NCBI GenBank assembly: GCA_964016885.1
Contig: OZ024745.1
Span: 29,574,001-29,638,000 of the forward strand
Reading direction: 5' to 3'
Length of the DNA stretch: 64,000 bases
From: Eledone cirrhosa
Lineage: Eukaryota
The first letter of the stretch is position 1. Every line of letters starts with the position of its first letter. The notes under the pieces were generated by a model. That model was not told the origin of the DNA and did no database searches. It saw nothing but the letters and a program-made list of their open reading frames with translations. A program made the position numbers and the translations under genes. Below are positions 1-14,540 of the stretch, piece by piece.

Positions 1-1315
1 TGCACCAGAGCACCGGCCGCATATAAAATCTATATTCTTAGTTACCTTACCTTTGATCCCACTACATCTTTTATGCACCCATACTTTGCATTTGGGACAT
101 AAAATGGAGTTTCTGCCTACTCCTTTCCTACACACTGAGCATGGCCATTTCCAAGATGGGACCGGTGCCCTATTTTCCTTCCTACAAACTAGAACTTTAG
201 TCTTAGACAAGTTAACTTTAAGGCCTTTTGATTCTAGGCCATGCTTCCATGTTTAGAATTTCTTCTCTAGTTCAGCCATTGATTCAGCTATGAGCGTTAG
301 ATCATCTGCATATAGGAGTTCCCATGGGCAGCCAGTCTTGAACTCCTCTGTTATAGCCTGAAGGGCAATAATAAATAGTAGGGGGCTAAGAACAGAGCCC
401 TGATGAACACCAACTTTTATGCTAAACTCTTCACTATATTCGTTGTTAATTCTAACCTTGCTGACTGTTTCTTTATACATGGCTTGTATAGCTCTCACAA
501 GCCATTCATCAACACCTAGTTTTCTAAGAGCCCACCAAATAATGGAGCGGGGGACTCTGTCAAAGGCTTTCTCCAAGTCAACAAAAGCTAAGTATAGGGG
601 TTTACTTTTAGCTAGGTACTTCTCCTGTAGTTGTCGTACAATGAAGAGAGCATCTGTGGTACTTTTACCTGACACAAACCCGAACTGCATTTCATCTAGA
701 TCAATTCGCTCACTGATTAGTTAGTTGCACTATTACTTTTTCTGTGACCTTCATGACCTGGTCGATTAATTTAATGCCTCTATAGTTACCCCTATCTAGG
801 GCATCTCCTTTACCCTTGAAGTAGTTAATGATGATGCTGCTACGCCAGTCCTTCGAAACGACCCCAGGTTAGCTTTCAGGAATTCCCACTGTTCCTCTAT
901 ATTGTACGATTCTAATTGCTCTTCCTTACTGTCAAAAGCATCAAGTAATATGCTTTGAAATTTATTACTGGCAGGGGGGTCCTTTAGCTTCCATATTTTT
1001 CTCCTGAGGATAGTCCTCCTCTGTTGTCGAGTACGTTTTGTCCTGACTACGAGGTCGCTGACTATGAGTCTATGTTGGGAGGTGTATTCTTCATGAGGGA
1101 GGGATTTAGTGTTTACGACAGACACTCTATCACGTCTTCTGGTAAGGATATAATCTATCTGACTGGCGTGTTCCCCTGATCAAGTGATTGTTTCGTTTTT
1201 TGAAGTTAGTGTTACAGACAGTTAGGTTATTTGCGTCACAGAATTCCAGGATTCTGGAGCCTTCCTCATTTCTAGTACCAAACCCATAGCCTCCATGGTT
1301 TCTGTCATAGCTTCC
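1..1315 (-). mobile_element. RTE-clade LINE fragment (endonuclease piece joined by internal deletion to RT domain), decayed
   Basis: ORF 253-690 reads QFGF...STTDALF...AFVDLEKAFDRVPR...GVHQGSVLSPLLF...LLYADD (RT core). 1130-1330 reads GGYGFGTRNEEGSRILEFCDANNLTVCNTNFKK (RTE APE endonuclease C-part). Stops and frameshifts present. Runs off the window start. Confidence 0.9.
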
Positions 1316-1610
1316 ATCATGATTCATCATTGCTTAATGTCCATTTTCCATGCTTGCATGGTTTAGATGGGTTGTCACATTATGAGACAAGTCAGGTTCA
1401 GAGACCACGTCTTGCTCATATGGATCCATATTTTGGCTTGGTTTCTATGGCTGGAGACCTTTCCTAACACCAACCATGTTACAGTGTGGACTGGGGGCTT
1501 TTTTGACAGCATGATCACCCTACAGTGTGGACTTTGTGCTTTTTGTCATGACACAGCATTGCGGGAGGTCAGATGTTTAGCTTTCATGGGCTGGGCAGGT
1601 GAGATGTCTC

Positions 1611-1612
<2 letters not shown>
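1316..1612 (-). mobile_element. SINE or RTE 3'-tail fragment
   Basis: Ends in a (CAT)n tail on + and shares the motifs TTTTCCATGCTTGCATGG and CCTTCCTAACACCAACC with the RTE 3' UTR at 13830-14222 and with the SINE copies. Confidence 0.7.
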
Positions 1613-1613
<1 letters not shown>

Positions 1614-1665
<52 letters not shown>

Positions 1666-1666
1666 T
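1614..1666. repeat. (TG)n microsatellite
   Basis: Direct observation. Confidence 0.95.
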
Positions 1667-1814
1667 ATAACTTAAAGGTTTTTACATACAATAAAGATGG
1701 AACATTTCTAGGTAAAAAAAAAAAAAAATAAAAAATAAACGCAACCATGCCTCTCCTGGTCTTGATGGTGTTACGTACCTGCTTCTTAAACGTGGTGGGT
1801 ATTTCCTTTTGCAC

Positions 1815-3258
1815 CAGTTATCACGCTTCTTCCAATTCTGCCAGAACAGTGGAAAACTGCCAATGTCATTCCTCTGTTCAAAAAGGTTGATGGCACATCA
1901 CCTGTGAACTATCGTCCAGTCAGTCTTACTAGTTGCATTGCCAAACTGATGGAATCCTGTGTCAGAGAAACACTTTGGAACTTCTGGAACTCTCACAGTC
2001 TTATCTGGCCCTCGCAATTTGGATTTATCCCCAACTCCAGCTGCTGTGATCAACTTATCGAGTTTCTTGAAGACATCACCCGGATCACTGATGGCGGCTC
2101 ATGGGTGGATGTTGTTTACCTTGACTTTATGAAAGCCTTCAATTCTGTGCCACAAAACTCTCTGCAATGGGTGTGAAGGATGATCTTTTTAACTAGTTGA
2201 AGTCCTTCATTCTCAGTCGAAGAGAGGTAGTCACGGTTCTGGGACAGCATTCCTCACCATATGAGATGTCATCTGGTGTACCACAGGGATCTGTTCTTGG
2301 CCCCCTTCTGTTTGTGGCATATATTAATGACATAGATACCAATTTAAAGAATGCCACAGTACTAAAGTACGCAGATGACATCAAGCTGTACCTTGAGATA
2401 AAAAGGACAGATCCTGAACACTATAGATCTTGCTTGCAGTCTGACCTGGACACAATGCAACAATGGATCTCAGACTAGCAACTCAAGCTAGCTGTGGACA
2501 AGTGCACCACCATGCATTTTGGGAGTAAAAACCCAGCGTCCACATACTCCCTCCACAGCACTAATATCAAGAAGTCTTCTTGTGAATCTGACCTGGGCAT
2601 TACAGTCAGCAGCGATTTGTGTTGGACGAAGCACATCTCTAAAATTGTCAAGAGGGCCGAGGGTGTCTTAGCATCACTCAGCAAGACCTTTGTCAGCTGC
2701 TCTCCAGCTATCTATTTAAGGCTGTACATGGCTATGGTGCGGCCACACTTAGAATTTGCATCACCAGTTGTGGAACCCCTATCTTGCTCAGAACATTGAC
2801 TGCCTGGAAACTGTTCAGAGACGTGCAACCAAGCAAATACCCTCCATCAGGCATCTACCATACTCTGAGCGCCTTGCTTCCCTGGGCATGGATACATTGA
2901 AGTTCCGACGCCTGGCAACTGACTTGGTTAACACCCACAAAATTGTTAACCATCTTGCCAACAACAACCCTGAGTACCTTTTTGATTTCCATGTGTCTAA
3001 CACACATGGGCATGCCCACAAATTCAGAAAACAGTACAGTTCCCATGACTTTCGGAAACATTTTTTCACGCTCAGGAGTTGCTGAAGCATGGAACAAACT
3101 ACCTGCATCGGTTGTTAGCTGTCGAGACACTGCATCCTTTAAGGCCTCCATGCTTCCCGAGATTCGCCAACACTACACCTAATGTTCCCCTCCATACACA
3201 TTCACACATGTATACCATGAGCACTTTACACAATAATTTCATTATTATTATTATTATT
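1815..3258 (+). mobile_element. CR1/L2-type LINE, 5'-truncated RT plus 3' UTR, decayed
   Basis: NYRPVSLTSCIAKLME, QFGF, DVVYLDFMKAF, SGVPQGSVLGPLLF, KYADDIKL, RPHLEFASP, ETVQRRATK. Ends in an (ATT)n tail. Several frameshifts. Confidence 0.9.
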
Positions 3259-3524
3259 TAAACAGTTTTGTATTGTAGAATCACACCCAGAGATCATAGT
3301 TTCAGGTAGCTTGGTATCAAATGGGTTAAGTTAATACAAATCTTTGACCCACATATGAATGGATTATTCCTATAGTGTGAAACATGGATTTCTCCTATGG
3401 TTAAATAATTGTTTCCAGACCACTTGATATCGCATTCTTCCACATTGGTCAACTCCTTTGATCTTTCATTTTCTTTTGTTGCAAAGATACCATATAATTT
3501 CATTGTAGTAGTAGTATATTACAC

Positions 3525-4540
3525 TTGTTGTTGTTGTTGGTGGTGGTGGTGATGGTGGTGGTTGTGATGGTGTGTTGTTGTTGGTGGTGGTGGTGGTGAT
3601 GGTGTGTTGTTGTTGGTGGTGGTTGTGATGGTGTGTTGTTGTTGTTGGTGGTGGTGGTGGTGATGGTGTGTTGTTGGTGGTGGTGGTAATGGTGTGTTGT
3701 TCTTGGTGGTGGTGATAATGGTGTGTTATTGTTGTTGGTGGTGGTGATGGTGTGTTGTTGTTGTTGTTGTTGTTGTTGGTGGTGGTGGTGATGGCGTGTT
3801 GTTGTTGGTGGTGGTGATGGTGTGTTGTTGGTGGTGGTGATGGTGTGTTGTTGGTGTGTTGTTGTTGTTGGTGGTGGTGGTGTGATGGTGTGTTGTTGGT
3901 GGTGGTGATGGTGTGTTGTTGGTGTGTTGTTGATAGTGGTGGTGGTGGTGGTGATGGTGGTGATAGCATGTTGTTGTTGGTGGTGGTGGTGGTGATGGTG
4001 TGTTGTTGTTGGTGGTGGTTGTGATGGTGTGTTGTTATTGTTGTTGGTGGTGGTGGTGATGGTGTGTTGTTGTTGGTGGTGGTGGTGGTTGTGATGGTGT
4101 GTTGTTGTTTTTGGTGGTGGTGGTGGTGGTGGTGATGGTGTGTTGTTTGTTGGTGGTTGTGATGGTGTGTTGTTGGTGGTGGTGGTGGAGGTGAAGGTGT
4201 GTTGTTGGTGATGGTGGTGGAGGTGAAGGTGTGTTGTTGGTGGTGGTGGTTGTGATGGTGTGTTGTTGGTGGTGGTGGTGGAGGTGAAGGTGTGTTATTG
4301 GTGGTGGTGGTTGTGATGGTGTGTTGTTGGTGGTGGTGATGGTGTGTTGTTGTTGTTGGTGGTGGTGGTGGTAATGGTGTGTTGTTGTTGTTGGTGGTGG
4401 TGGTGATGGTGTGTTGTTGGTGGTGGTGGTGGTGGTGATTGTGTTGTTGGTGGTGGTGGTGGTGGTGGTTGTGATGGTGTGTTGTTGGTGGTGGTGGTGG
4501 TTGTGATGGTGCGTTGTTGTTGTTGGTGGTGGTGATGGTG

Positions 4541-4571
<31 letters not shown>

Positions 4572-5376
4572 AATGGTGTGTTGTTGTTGTTGGTGGTGGT
4601 GGTGATGGTGTGTTGTTGGTGGTGGTGGTTGTGATGGTGTGTTGTTATTGTTGGTGGTGGTGGTGATGGTGTGTTGTTGGTGGTGGTGGTTGTGATGGTG
4701 TGTTGTTGTTGGTGGTGGTGGTTGTGATGGTGTGTTGTTGTTGTTGGTGGTGGTGGTGATGGTGTGTTGTTGTTGGTGGTGGTGGTTGTGATGGTGTGTT
4801 GTTGTTGGTGGTGGTGGTTGTGATGGTGTGTTGTTGTTGGTGGTGGTGGTTGTGATGGTGTGTTGTTGTTCTTGGTGGTGGTGGTGATGGTGTGTTGTTG
4901 TTGTTGGTGGTGGTGGTGTGATGGTGTGTTGTTGGTGGTGGTGGTTGTGATGGTGTGTTGTTGTTGGTGGTGGTTGTGGTGATGGTGTGTTGTTGGTGGT
5001 GGTGGTGATGGTGTGTTGTTGGTGGTGGTGGTGATGGTGGTGGTGGTGGTTGTGATGGTGTGTTGTTGTTGTTGGTGGTGGTGGTGATGGTGTGTTGTTG
5101 GTGGTGGTGGTTGTGATGGTGTGTTGTTGTTGGTGGTGGTTGTGGTGATGGTGTGTTGTTGTTGTTGGTGGTGGTGGTGATGGTGTGTTGTTGGTGGTGG
5201 TGATGGTGTGTTGTTGTTGTTGTTGGTGGTGGTGGTGTGTTGTTGTTGTTGGTGGTGGTGGAAGTGATGGTGTGATGCTGTTGTTGGTGGTGGTGGTGAT
5301 GGTGCGTTGTTATTGTTGGTGGTGGAGGTGATGGTGTGTTGGTGTGTTGTTGTTGTTGGTGGTGGTGGTGATGGCG

Positions 5377-5409
<33 letters not shown>

Positions 5410-5449
5410 TGATGGTGTGTTGTTGTTGTTGGTGGTGGTGGTGATGGCG

Positions 5450-5482
<33 letters not shown>

Positions 5483-5587
5483 TGGTGATGGCGTGTTGTT
5501 GGTGGTGGTGGTTGTGATGGTGTGTTGTTGTTGTTGGTGGTGGTGGTGATGGTGGTGGTGGTGGTGATGGTGGTGGTGGTGATGGCG

Positions 5588-5618
<31 letters not shown>

Positions 5619-5955
5619 GATGGCGTGTTGTTGTTGGTGGTGGTGATGGCGTGTTGTTGGTGGTGGTGATGATGGTGTGTTGTTGTTGGTGGTGGTGGTG
5701 GCGATGTTGTGTTGTTGTTGTTGTTGGTGGTGGTGGTGATGGCGTGTTGTTGTTGGTGGTGGTGATGATGGTGTGTTGTTGTTGTTGGTGGTGGTGGTGA
5801 TGGCGTGTTGTTGTTGGTGGTGGTGATGATGGTGTGTTGTTGTTGGTGGTGGTGGTGGCGATGGTGTGGTGTTGTTGTTGTTGGTGATGATGGTGTGTTG
5901 TTGTTGGTGGTGGTGGTGGCGATGGTGTGTTGTTGTTGTTGTTGGTGGTGGTTGT
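3525..5955. repeat. Compound (GGT)n/(GTT)n low-complexity repeat with recurrent GATGGTGTGTT junction
   Basis: About 2.4 kb almost entirely G+T on +, built from (GTT)n(GGT)n GATGGTGT modules. Confidence 0.95.
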
Positions 5956-5993
5956 GGGTCTACATGGAGTAGGCTGTCTTTATCATACATAAG

Positions 5994-6065
<72 letters not shown>

Positions 6066-6180
6066 CATATACATACACACATATATATATACATACGTAC
6101 ATATTCACAAACATACATACATAAACATTATTATGGTTATTTGATGAGTGGAAGATAGCCGTTAGATGATGATGATGATG

Positions 6181-6234
6181 AGTCTTGTTAATCTGGCGTT
6201 TCACCTGTGTACTCACAGGTCTTCAGACAAGACT
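6181..6234 (-). ncRNA. Degenerate type I hammerhead-ribozyme-like motif (Penelope-type)
   Basis: Minus strand: AGTCTTGT-CTGAAGA-CCTGTG agta CACAGG-t-GAAA-CGCCAGATTA-ACAAGACT. It has an 8-bp stem I, a 6-bp stem II and the CUGANGA/GAAA core. Stem III is imperfect. Confidence 0.5.
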
Positions 6235-6759
6235 GAATATTCAGTGACAGAGAGACAGTATAAATAGGGATAGACCCAAGGGAGGGGTCTTTTTGAATGG
6301 GATGGGTATGTAGGGTGGGTGGCTTTTGGGAGGAAATGTTGAATGTAATAGAGAGAATATGAGGAAAGAGAGAAAGAAAAAAGGAAGATAAAGAGAAAGT
6401 CGGGGAAGGGGAGAAGGAATGGAAAAATCTAGAACAAAGAGTTGAGGGAGTGCTGATGAATGACAAAGAAGCACCACCAGAGATCATGTAAATAGAATGG
6501 TCAGCAGAGGAAGTTTCTAATGAATTGATGGTGTTTATGATGATGATGATGATAGGAAATAGAAGACAAAGTGAGTGAGTGTCAATTAATAGAAGAATAT
6601 TAAAGAAACTTCTAGTGAATTGATGGTGCTTATGATGATGATGATTAGAAACAGTACCAACATATAGATTGTCCTTATGGGTGATATCTCCCGAGACAAC
6701 ATGCAGCACGTGAAAAAAAGAAGACCACAAACTGAACTACAAAGTGAACCACTGGGGCC

Positions 6760-7514
6760 TGATCAACTGTTTCCTCTTTGCACAAGTCTCCGTTGAGTCC
6801 TCTGACATCCTTGGTCCCCGCACTGCTAATTTCCTCCATAAAGTTGGAAAGATGGCGTCCCGCTTAAAGAGGGAGCTGACTAGATCAATCTGATTAATTC
6901 TCAAGGTGTCGTCTTCTTTCCGCGAGCGCAAAGTTCTAAGTGGCCTACTCAGTCTGGAGGAGCTCTGCATTTCCATTGCACTCAGATTGGGTGCCAATAT
7001 CTGTGGGGGACTGAAGTGTCGCTATGGTAGGCCCCTCAACTCCATAGGTCTGCATGGCTTGTCGTGCTGCTTAAATGCTGGTCATTTTGCTCGCCATATT
7101 GAAGTAAACATTATTATTAAGTGGGCCTAGGCTCAAGTAAATAGGAGCCGACTGAATTGTTCAGAGTTGATGGGAAGAGACTAAATAGACTTAGCCTTTG
7201 TTCCTGGATAAGAGGTAGATATCTCATTTGTGATGCTACAATCAGTGACGTTTTCACTACTTCCCACATCCTGGTTGCTGCAGTAAATGTGAGGGTCACT
7301 GCTTCCGTAGCTGAATGGAATAAAATTTTAAATACCGGAAATTATAGACAAACTATTTTTCCAGTTTGTTGCATTCGAGACGTTTTGAAGAGCTGGGCCG
7401 CTAACAATGAAGATCTTGTCATCGTTGACGGCTAGTCTTACTGAGGTGTCGGATGATACCTTTCCAGCATCTTAGCCTCGCTATCACTCGCTATAATGCT
7501 GCCAGCATGTTGGC
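6760..7514 (+). mobile_element. CRE-like (RLE-type) non-LTR retrotransposon 3' fragment, decayed
   Basis: ISIALRLGANICGGLKCRYGRPLNSIGLHGLSC...GHFARH (zinc-knuckle region), FRVDGKRLN...WIRGRYLICDAT (degenerate RPDG / PD-(D/E)xK nuclease region), and LSLAITRYNAASML near the end. Confidence 0.7.
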
Positions 7515-9125
7515 TTGTGAACAGTGTATGAGTCATGATATACATGTGTGCGTGTGTATGGAGGAGGAATATCAGGTGTAATGTTGGCGAATCTCAGGAA
7601 ACATGGAGGTTTTAAAGGATACAGTGTCTTGGCAACTAACAACTGATGCAGGGAGTTTGTTCCATGCTTCAGCAACTCTGAGCATGAAAAAATGTTTCCA
7701 AAAGTCATGGGAGATGTGCTGTTTTCTGACTTTGTACGCATGCCCATGTGTGTTAGACACATGGAATTCAAAAAGGTGCTCAGGGTTGTTGTTGGCAAGA
7801 TGGTTAATAATTTTGTGGGTGTTTACCAACTCAGTTGCCAGACTTTGGAGATTCAATGTGTCCATGTCCAGGGAAGGAAGGCGTTCAGACTATGGTAGAT
7901 GCCTGATGGAGGGTATTCGCTTGGTTGCACATCCATGAACAGTTTCCAGGCAGTCAATAATCTGAGCAAGATAGGGGTCCCAGACTGGTGATGCAAATTC
8001 TAAGTGTGGCCACACCATAGCTATATACAGCTTTAAATAGATAGCTGGAAAGCAGCTGACAAAGGTCTTGCTGAGTGATGCCAAGACATCCTCAATCTTC
8101 TTGACAATTTTAGAGATGTGCTTTGTCCAACACAAATCGCTGCTGGCAGTAATGCCCAGGTCACATTCACAAGAAGACTTCTTGATATTATTGTTGTGGA
8201 AGGAGTATGTGGATGTTGAGTTTTTACTCCCAAAATGCATGGTGGTACACTTGTCCACAGCCAGCTTGAGTTGCCAGTCTGTGATCCAATGCTGCATTGT
8301 GTCCAGGTCTGATTGCAGTAAAGATCTATAGTGTTCAGGATCTATCCTTTTTATCTCAAGGTACAGCTTGATGTCATCTGCATATTTCAGTACTGTGGCA
8401 TTCTTTAAGTTGGCATCTATGTCATTAATATATGCAACAAACAAAAGGGGACCAAGAACAGATCCTTGTGGTACACCAGATGACATCTCATATGGTGAGG
8501 AATGCTGTCCTAGAACTGTGACTACCTCTCTTCGACTGAGAATGAAGAACTTCAACCAGTTAAAAAGATCATCCTTCACACCCATTGCCTACGTGGCACT
8601 TATGCTGCACATTCTGTTCATATTGAATTCAGCATGTTCTGAAGTATAGTGTTCACATCTCCAGAGTCATAAAATTCAGGCCAGTTTGGGCATTGCAGCT
8701 CAGTGCAGTAATAGTTTCAGTCTTCTTTATTCCAGTCAAAGTGAGCAGTTGTGGTTTTTGTTACTGTCCATAAGAGACAGATTGGCAATGATCATAGCAT
8801 GATCACCTAAATGTTCCTGAGTAATAACACGAATAACCGTTTCAGGAGAAGTGGTAAAGAGTAGATCCAAAGTGTTGTCACCTCTTGTTGGGGAGGTGAT
8901 TACTTGGGACCAGTTCGAGTCCAGCACTAGCTCAAGGAAATCATTTGCACTTTGTTGCCAGCGAAAAGTTTCCGAAACAATCTCAGGATGATTGAAGTCC
9001 CCTGCAATAAAAACATAAGTGGCTGTTTTCCTGGCAGCAGCTCTGAGGATATCACAAAGCTGTGTGTCCTAATGGTAATTTGGGGGGCAGTAAACAACTC
9101 CAAGTAGAAATTTCCTCTCTCGGTT
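7515..9125 (-). mobile_element. CR1/L2-type LINE, same family as 1815-3258, with internal deletion between endonuclease and RT
   Basis: ORF 7890-8585 is near-identical to the RT at 2197-2799. 8736-9120 encodes APE motifs (GVVYCPPN, AGDFNHP, PTRGDNTLDLLFT, LGDH). Confidence 0.88.
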
Positions 9126-9647
9126 TTAAGTATTCACTTTTTTAATGTAACATTGTAAAGTAAAATGATATACATACCAAAAAATATACATTAGCAAAAA
9201 TGGTAAATCGAATGAGTGAGACACACCAGCTTGGATCCATTAGATACAAGGTAAGTAACTCTTATTTACTCATTAAAGGGAAATAATTTACATATCAACT
9301 GACGTCGACAGAGTTAATAGTTTTCAAGTGTCATCTAGGCCCGCAAACTACTTTTCAATTTTTGTTTGTAATATTTTCCTAAAACTTGGTAATTTGTCCC
9401 TGTTTTAGTAATATTTATAGTACAATTTATTACAATGTACTCATGAAATACAATAAAATGGAAAAAACGGAATTAAGGAAAATCTGAAACGGAAAGTTTG
9501 TACTTATTATCCTACTTACTATCATATGTGTATTCATTTTGATGAAATAAGTGGTTAAATAAATAGATAAATAAACAGCAGCCTCTCTCACACACACACC
9601 ACACACATACATCATACATACATGATAGCTGCATCTTGATTTGCCTC

Positions 9648-10260
9648 TCACACATGGGTGGCACAAACATGACTTTTTAGTCCTGTCATGGATTTACATT
9701 ATTTTCTCCATATGCTGCAATGATGAACATTACTTCCACTTTGGTTCCCTGTTTTGTTTCAGTGAATTTTCAAATGATGTCTGGATCCACTGGCCAAGGC
9801 ACATTGTTTTCCCCACTTCCAACAGGAGGAAATGTCAAAGAGACCATAATCGGTAACATTTTAGACATGGCTTCTATGATGACTTCGAAGACCAACTTTA
9901 CTGAGGCTAATCCAGCTACACTCATTGCACATAAAGTCATTTTGAGCATCTGAATATCCAGGAAAATCAATATTATGTCGACCCTTATGCAGACCCCTCT
10001 TTAATTTTTCAAATTCCTGTTTTCCACTAAACACTATTTTCCTCCAAGATGATCGATCTAAAGCATTGTTTTACCAGTTATCTTTTGAGATTTTTGATTT
10101 TATCAAAGCTTATTTGATGCAGTCTTTATACCTGAGATTTGGTTTATTCCTTGGCCGTTTGCCTTTGACTAACTCCCTATACAGTAACTGCTAAGGAATA
10201 CAATGAGTGTGGCAAGCTGACACGCCTAGTTTTTGGCACTTCTTGCTCTGATCACACTAA
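9648..10260 (-). mobile_element. Old RTE-type LINE C-terminus ending in three degenerate C2H2 zinc fingers
   Basis: Manual minus-strand translation: IP*QLLYRELVKGKRPRNKPNLRYKDCIK...ALDRSSWRKIV, then FMCNECSWISLSKVGLRSHHRSH, SCWKWGKQCALASGSRHHLKIH and HCSIWRK*CKSMTGLKSHVCATH. Confidence 0.7.
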
Positions 10261-10885
10261 AAAAAACTAGTTCTATAATGTACAACTGGGTATTTAGCAC
10301 TCTAGGCTAAACCTACAATGTGCATCTCATTCTTCCAGTCATCCTTTAAGGTTCTATAAGGAGCCTCTCTGAAGTTAGAACCTTAGTTGTCCTTAATGGT
10401 AGTGCTAGACCTGCAAACACCACCACCATTACCACCGCCATCACCATCACCATCACCGTCACCACCAGCCACAGCCTACTTTGTTAATGCAACAATTCGG
10501 CTGCACTTAGGCCAGAGTTGAAGTCATAAATTAAACAGCCAAAAAATAAATGATTTGGATAGATCCATTCCCCTTTGATAACATGAGAAAATGAGAAATG
10601 GACATAGTGCATACCAACATCACTTCTTATATATGTGTGTATGTGCAACCTTCCACATTTCCAGAAAACTCTACCAAAACACCTCCTTTTGAAAAGCAGC
10701 ACAAACTTTCTATCCAACCCAGTATATATTTTCTAAGCATATTGCTTTCTAAAATCTATGCCTTTTTTTGCTCTTATGTGCTCTCTTTCTCTCCTTCTCA
10801 CTACCTATTTCTCTTTTTATTTTCCTTTTAATTTACCTACAAATCCTCTCTACCTGTTTCTCATAGGTGTTGCTGTTGTATTGAA

Positions 10886-10898
10886 AGAGAGAGAGAGT

Positions 10899-10953
<55 letters not shown>
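10886..10953. repeat. (GA)n microsatellite
   Basis: Direct observation. Confidence 0.95.
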
Positions 10954-10958
<5 letters not shown>

Positions 10959-11644
10959 GCATAATAGAATACGATATTCATGACCAGAGAAAGAGAGTGA
11001 CTAAAGCAGGAAGGAAAACAAATATTTTGACAGCACAAAAATTATTCACGTAATGTGTAATAGAATACAACAGAGGAAAAATAAGAGAAAAAAGTGAACA
11101 AAGAGATAGCGAAATTGAGACACATACATGAAGAGAGCAAGAGAAAGGGTGAGAAATAGAGAGAGAGATCAAAGAAGACCAAAGGAGGAAGAAAAATAGA
11201 AAGTTTGACTTTACAAATACTAATGGAAATTGAGAGATACAGAAAAAGGAACATACCTCAAGAGAAAAAAGAGAGAGAAAGAAAGAGAAGAGACGGAGTG
11301 AGAAAAAGATACAGGAAAAGAGTAGAAAGTAAATTATTTAAAATTTAAAACAGAATTACATCAACTAAATGTGTTGTTCAGACAATGGTCATATATCTTC
11401 TGTGTTAAGCTTTATACATTTACAGTAATATATGGAGACACCTTAATACAATATTGAACACTAATTTGCCAGTTATCCATTCATCAAGGAAAACTCTTCT
11501 CACTTTCACTTCAATTCATCCATTATAGAGGCTTTAAGACTGTAAACTTTTTCTCCCATTTCTTTTACATATGTCATGCAAATAAATCAATTTTAATAAA
11601 TAAGTAAAACACTGTCAATTTTGACAGTATGGGCCAACTAGTAT

Positions 11645-12055
11645 TAATAATTGTTTCTTCTTTTGGCACAATGCCAGCAATTTGAAGAAAAGGGAAAGTT
11701 GATTAACCCTTTAGCATTTCAGCCGGCCAGAATTCTCTCACCTCTTTCTGTTCAAATCATCTATAGCTGGCCACTTATACCAATGTTAAGATATTGTTCT
11801 CAAAATGAATAATATCAAAATCTCATAGATTCGATACTATATTTACCTTTACCACAAAAATGCTATAGTAAATATAGAGTAATATAAATGCTAAAGGGTT
11901 AAATCAACCCCAGTTCTTTATTGGTACTTTATTTTATGAACGTGTAAGGATGAAAGGCAAACCTAACCTCAGTGGGATTTTAACTCAAAAAGTAAAAAGC
12001 CAGAACAAATGCTGCTAAGCATGTCAGATGCTCTAGAGACTCTGTCTTTAATAAC
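11645..12055 (-). mobile_element. tRNA-derived SINE (family B), interrupted by a piggyBac-type MITE
   Basis: Shares GGTACTTTATTTTAT...GTAAGGATGAAAGGCAAA and TTTGGCACAA with the copies at 21405-21940 and 26046-26342. Confidence 0.7.
11707..11898. mobile_element. Non-autonomous piggyBac-type MITE
   Basis: 13-bp TIRs CCCTTTAGCATTT / AAATGCTAAAGGG flanked by TTAA on both sides. The empty site AAAGTTGATTAAATC is intact in the paralogous SINE at about 21884-21898. Confidence 0.85.
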
Positions 12056-12224
12056 AACAACAACAACAACAGCAGCAATAATAATAGTAATTTTGACAGT
12101 AATTTATTTATTGTAAATAAGAGAATAAATATAGATCAAATAAGGGTATATATAATGTTATATAAATGAGTAATAAAATGAGTATAGATTGTAATGTATG
12201 TGTGTGTGTATATATATATATATA

Positions 12225-12519
12225 TCATCATCATCATCATCATTTCATTTTACGTCCACTTTTCCCTGCTTGCAAGGGTGGGACGGAAACTGATTCTGGC
12301 TTGATTTCTACAGCTGGATGCCCTTCCTAACACCAACCTCATTTACAGTGAGTGCTGGGTGCTTTTTTGCCGTGGCACCTCCACAACCACTTTGCAGCTG
12401 AGTAAACTGGAGCAATGTGAAATAAAGTGTCTTGCTCAAGGAAACAACACATCACCCGGTTTGAGAATTGAACTCACAACCTTTCGATTGCAAGGCCAAT
12501 GCTCTAGCCACATGCCTCC
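12225..12519 (-). mobile_element. tRNA-derived SINE (family A) with RTE-like 3' tail, internally deleted
   Basis: Minus-strand head GGAGGCATGTGGC...GAGTTCAATTCTC (B box), core GTTTCCTTGAGCAAGACACT, tail GGACGTAAAATG(ATG)n. Confidence 0.8.

Positions 12520-14540
<2,021 letters not shown>

Noticed and set aside
3294-3503. 69-aa ORF as host exon
   Set aside because: No recognisable domain or convincing splice sites. It lies between repeats and contains a lone TTAACCC piggyBac-like end.
3466-6080. Thr/His/Pro/Gln-rich mucin-like ORFs
   Set aside because: Low-complexity trinucleotide repeat whose 'GTGT' junctions shift frame constantly. No splice or domain context.
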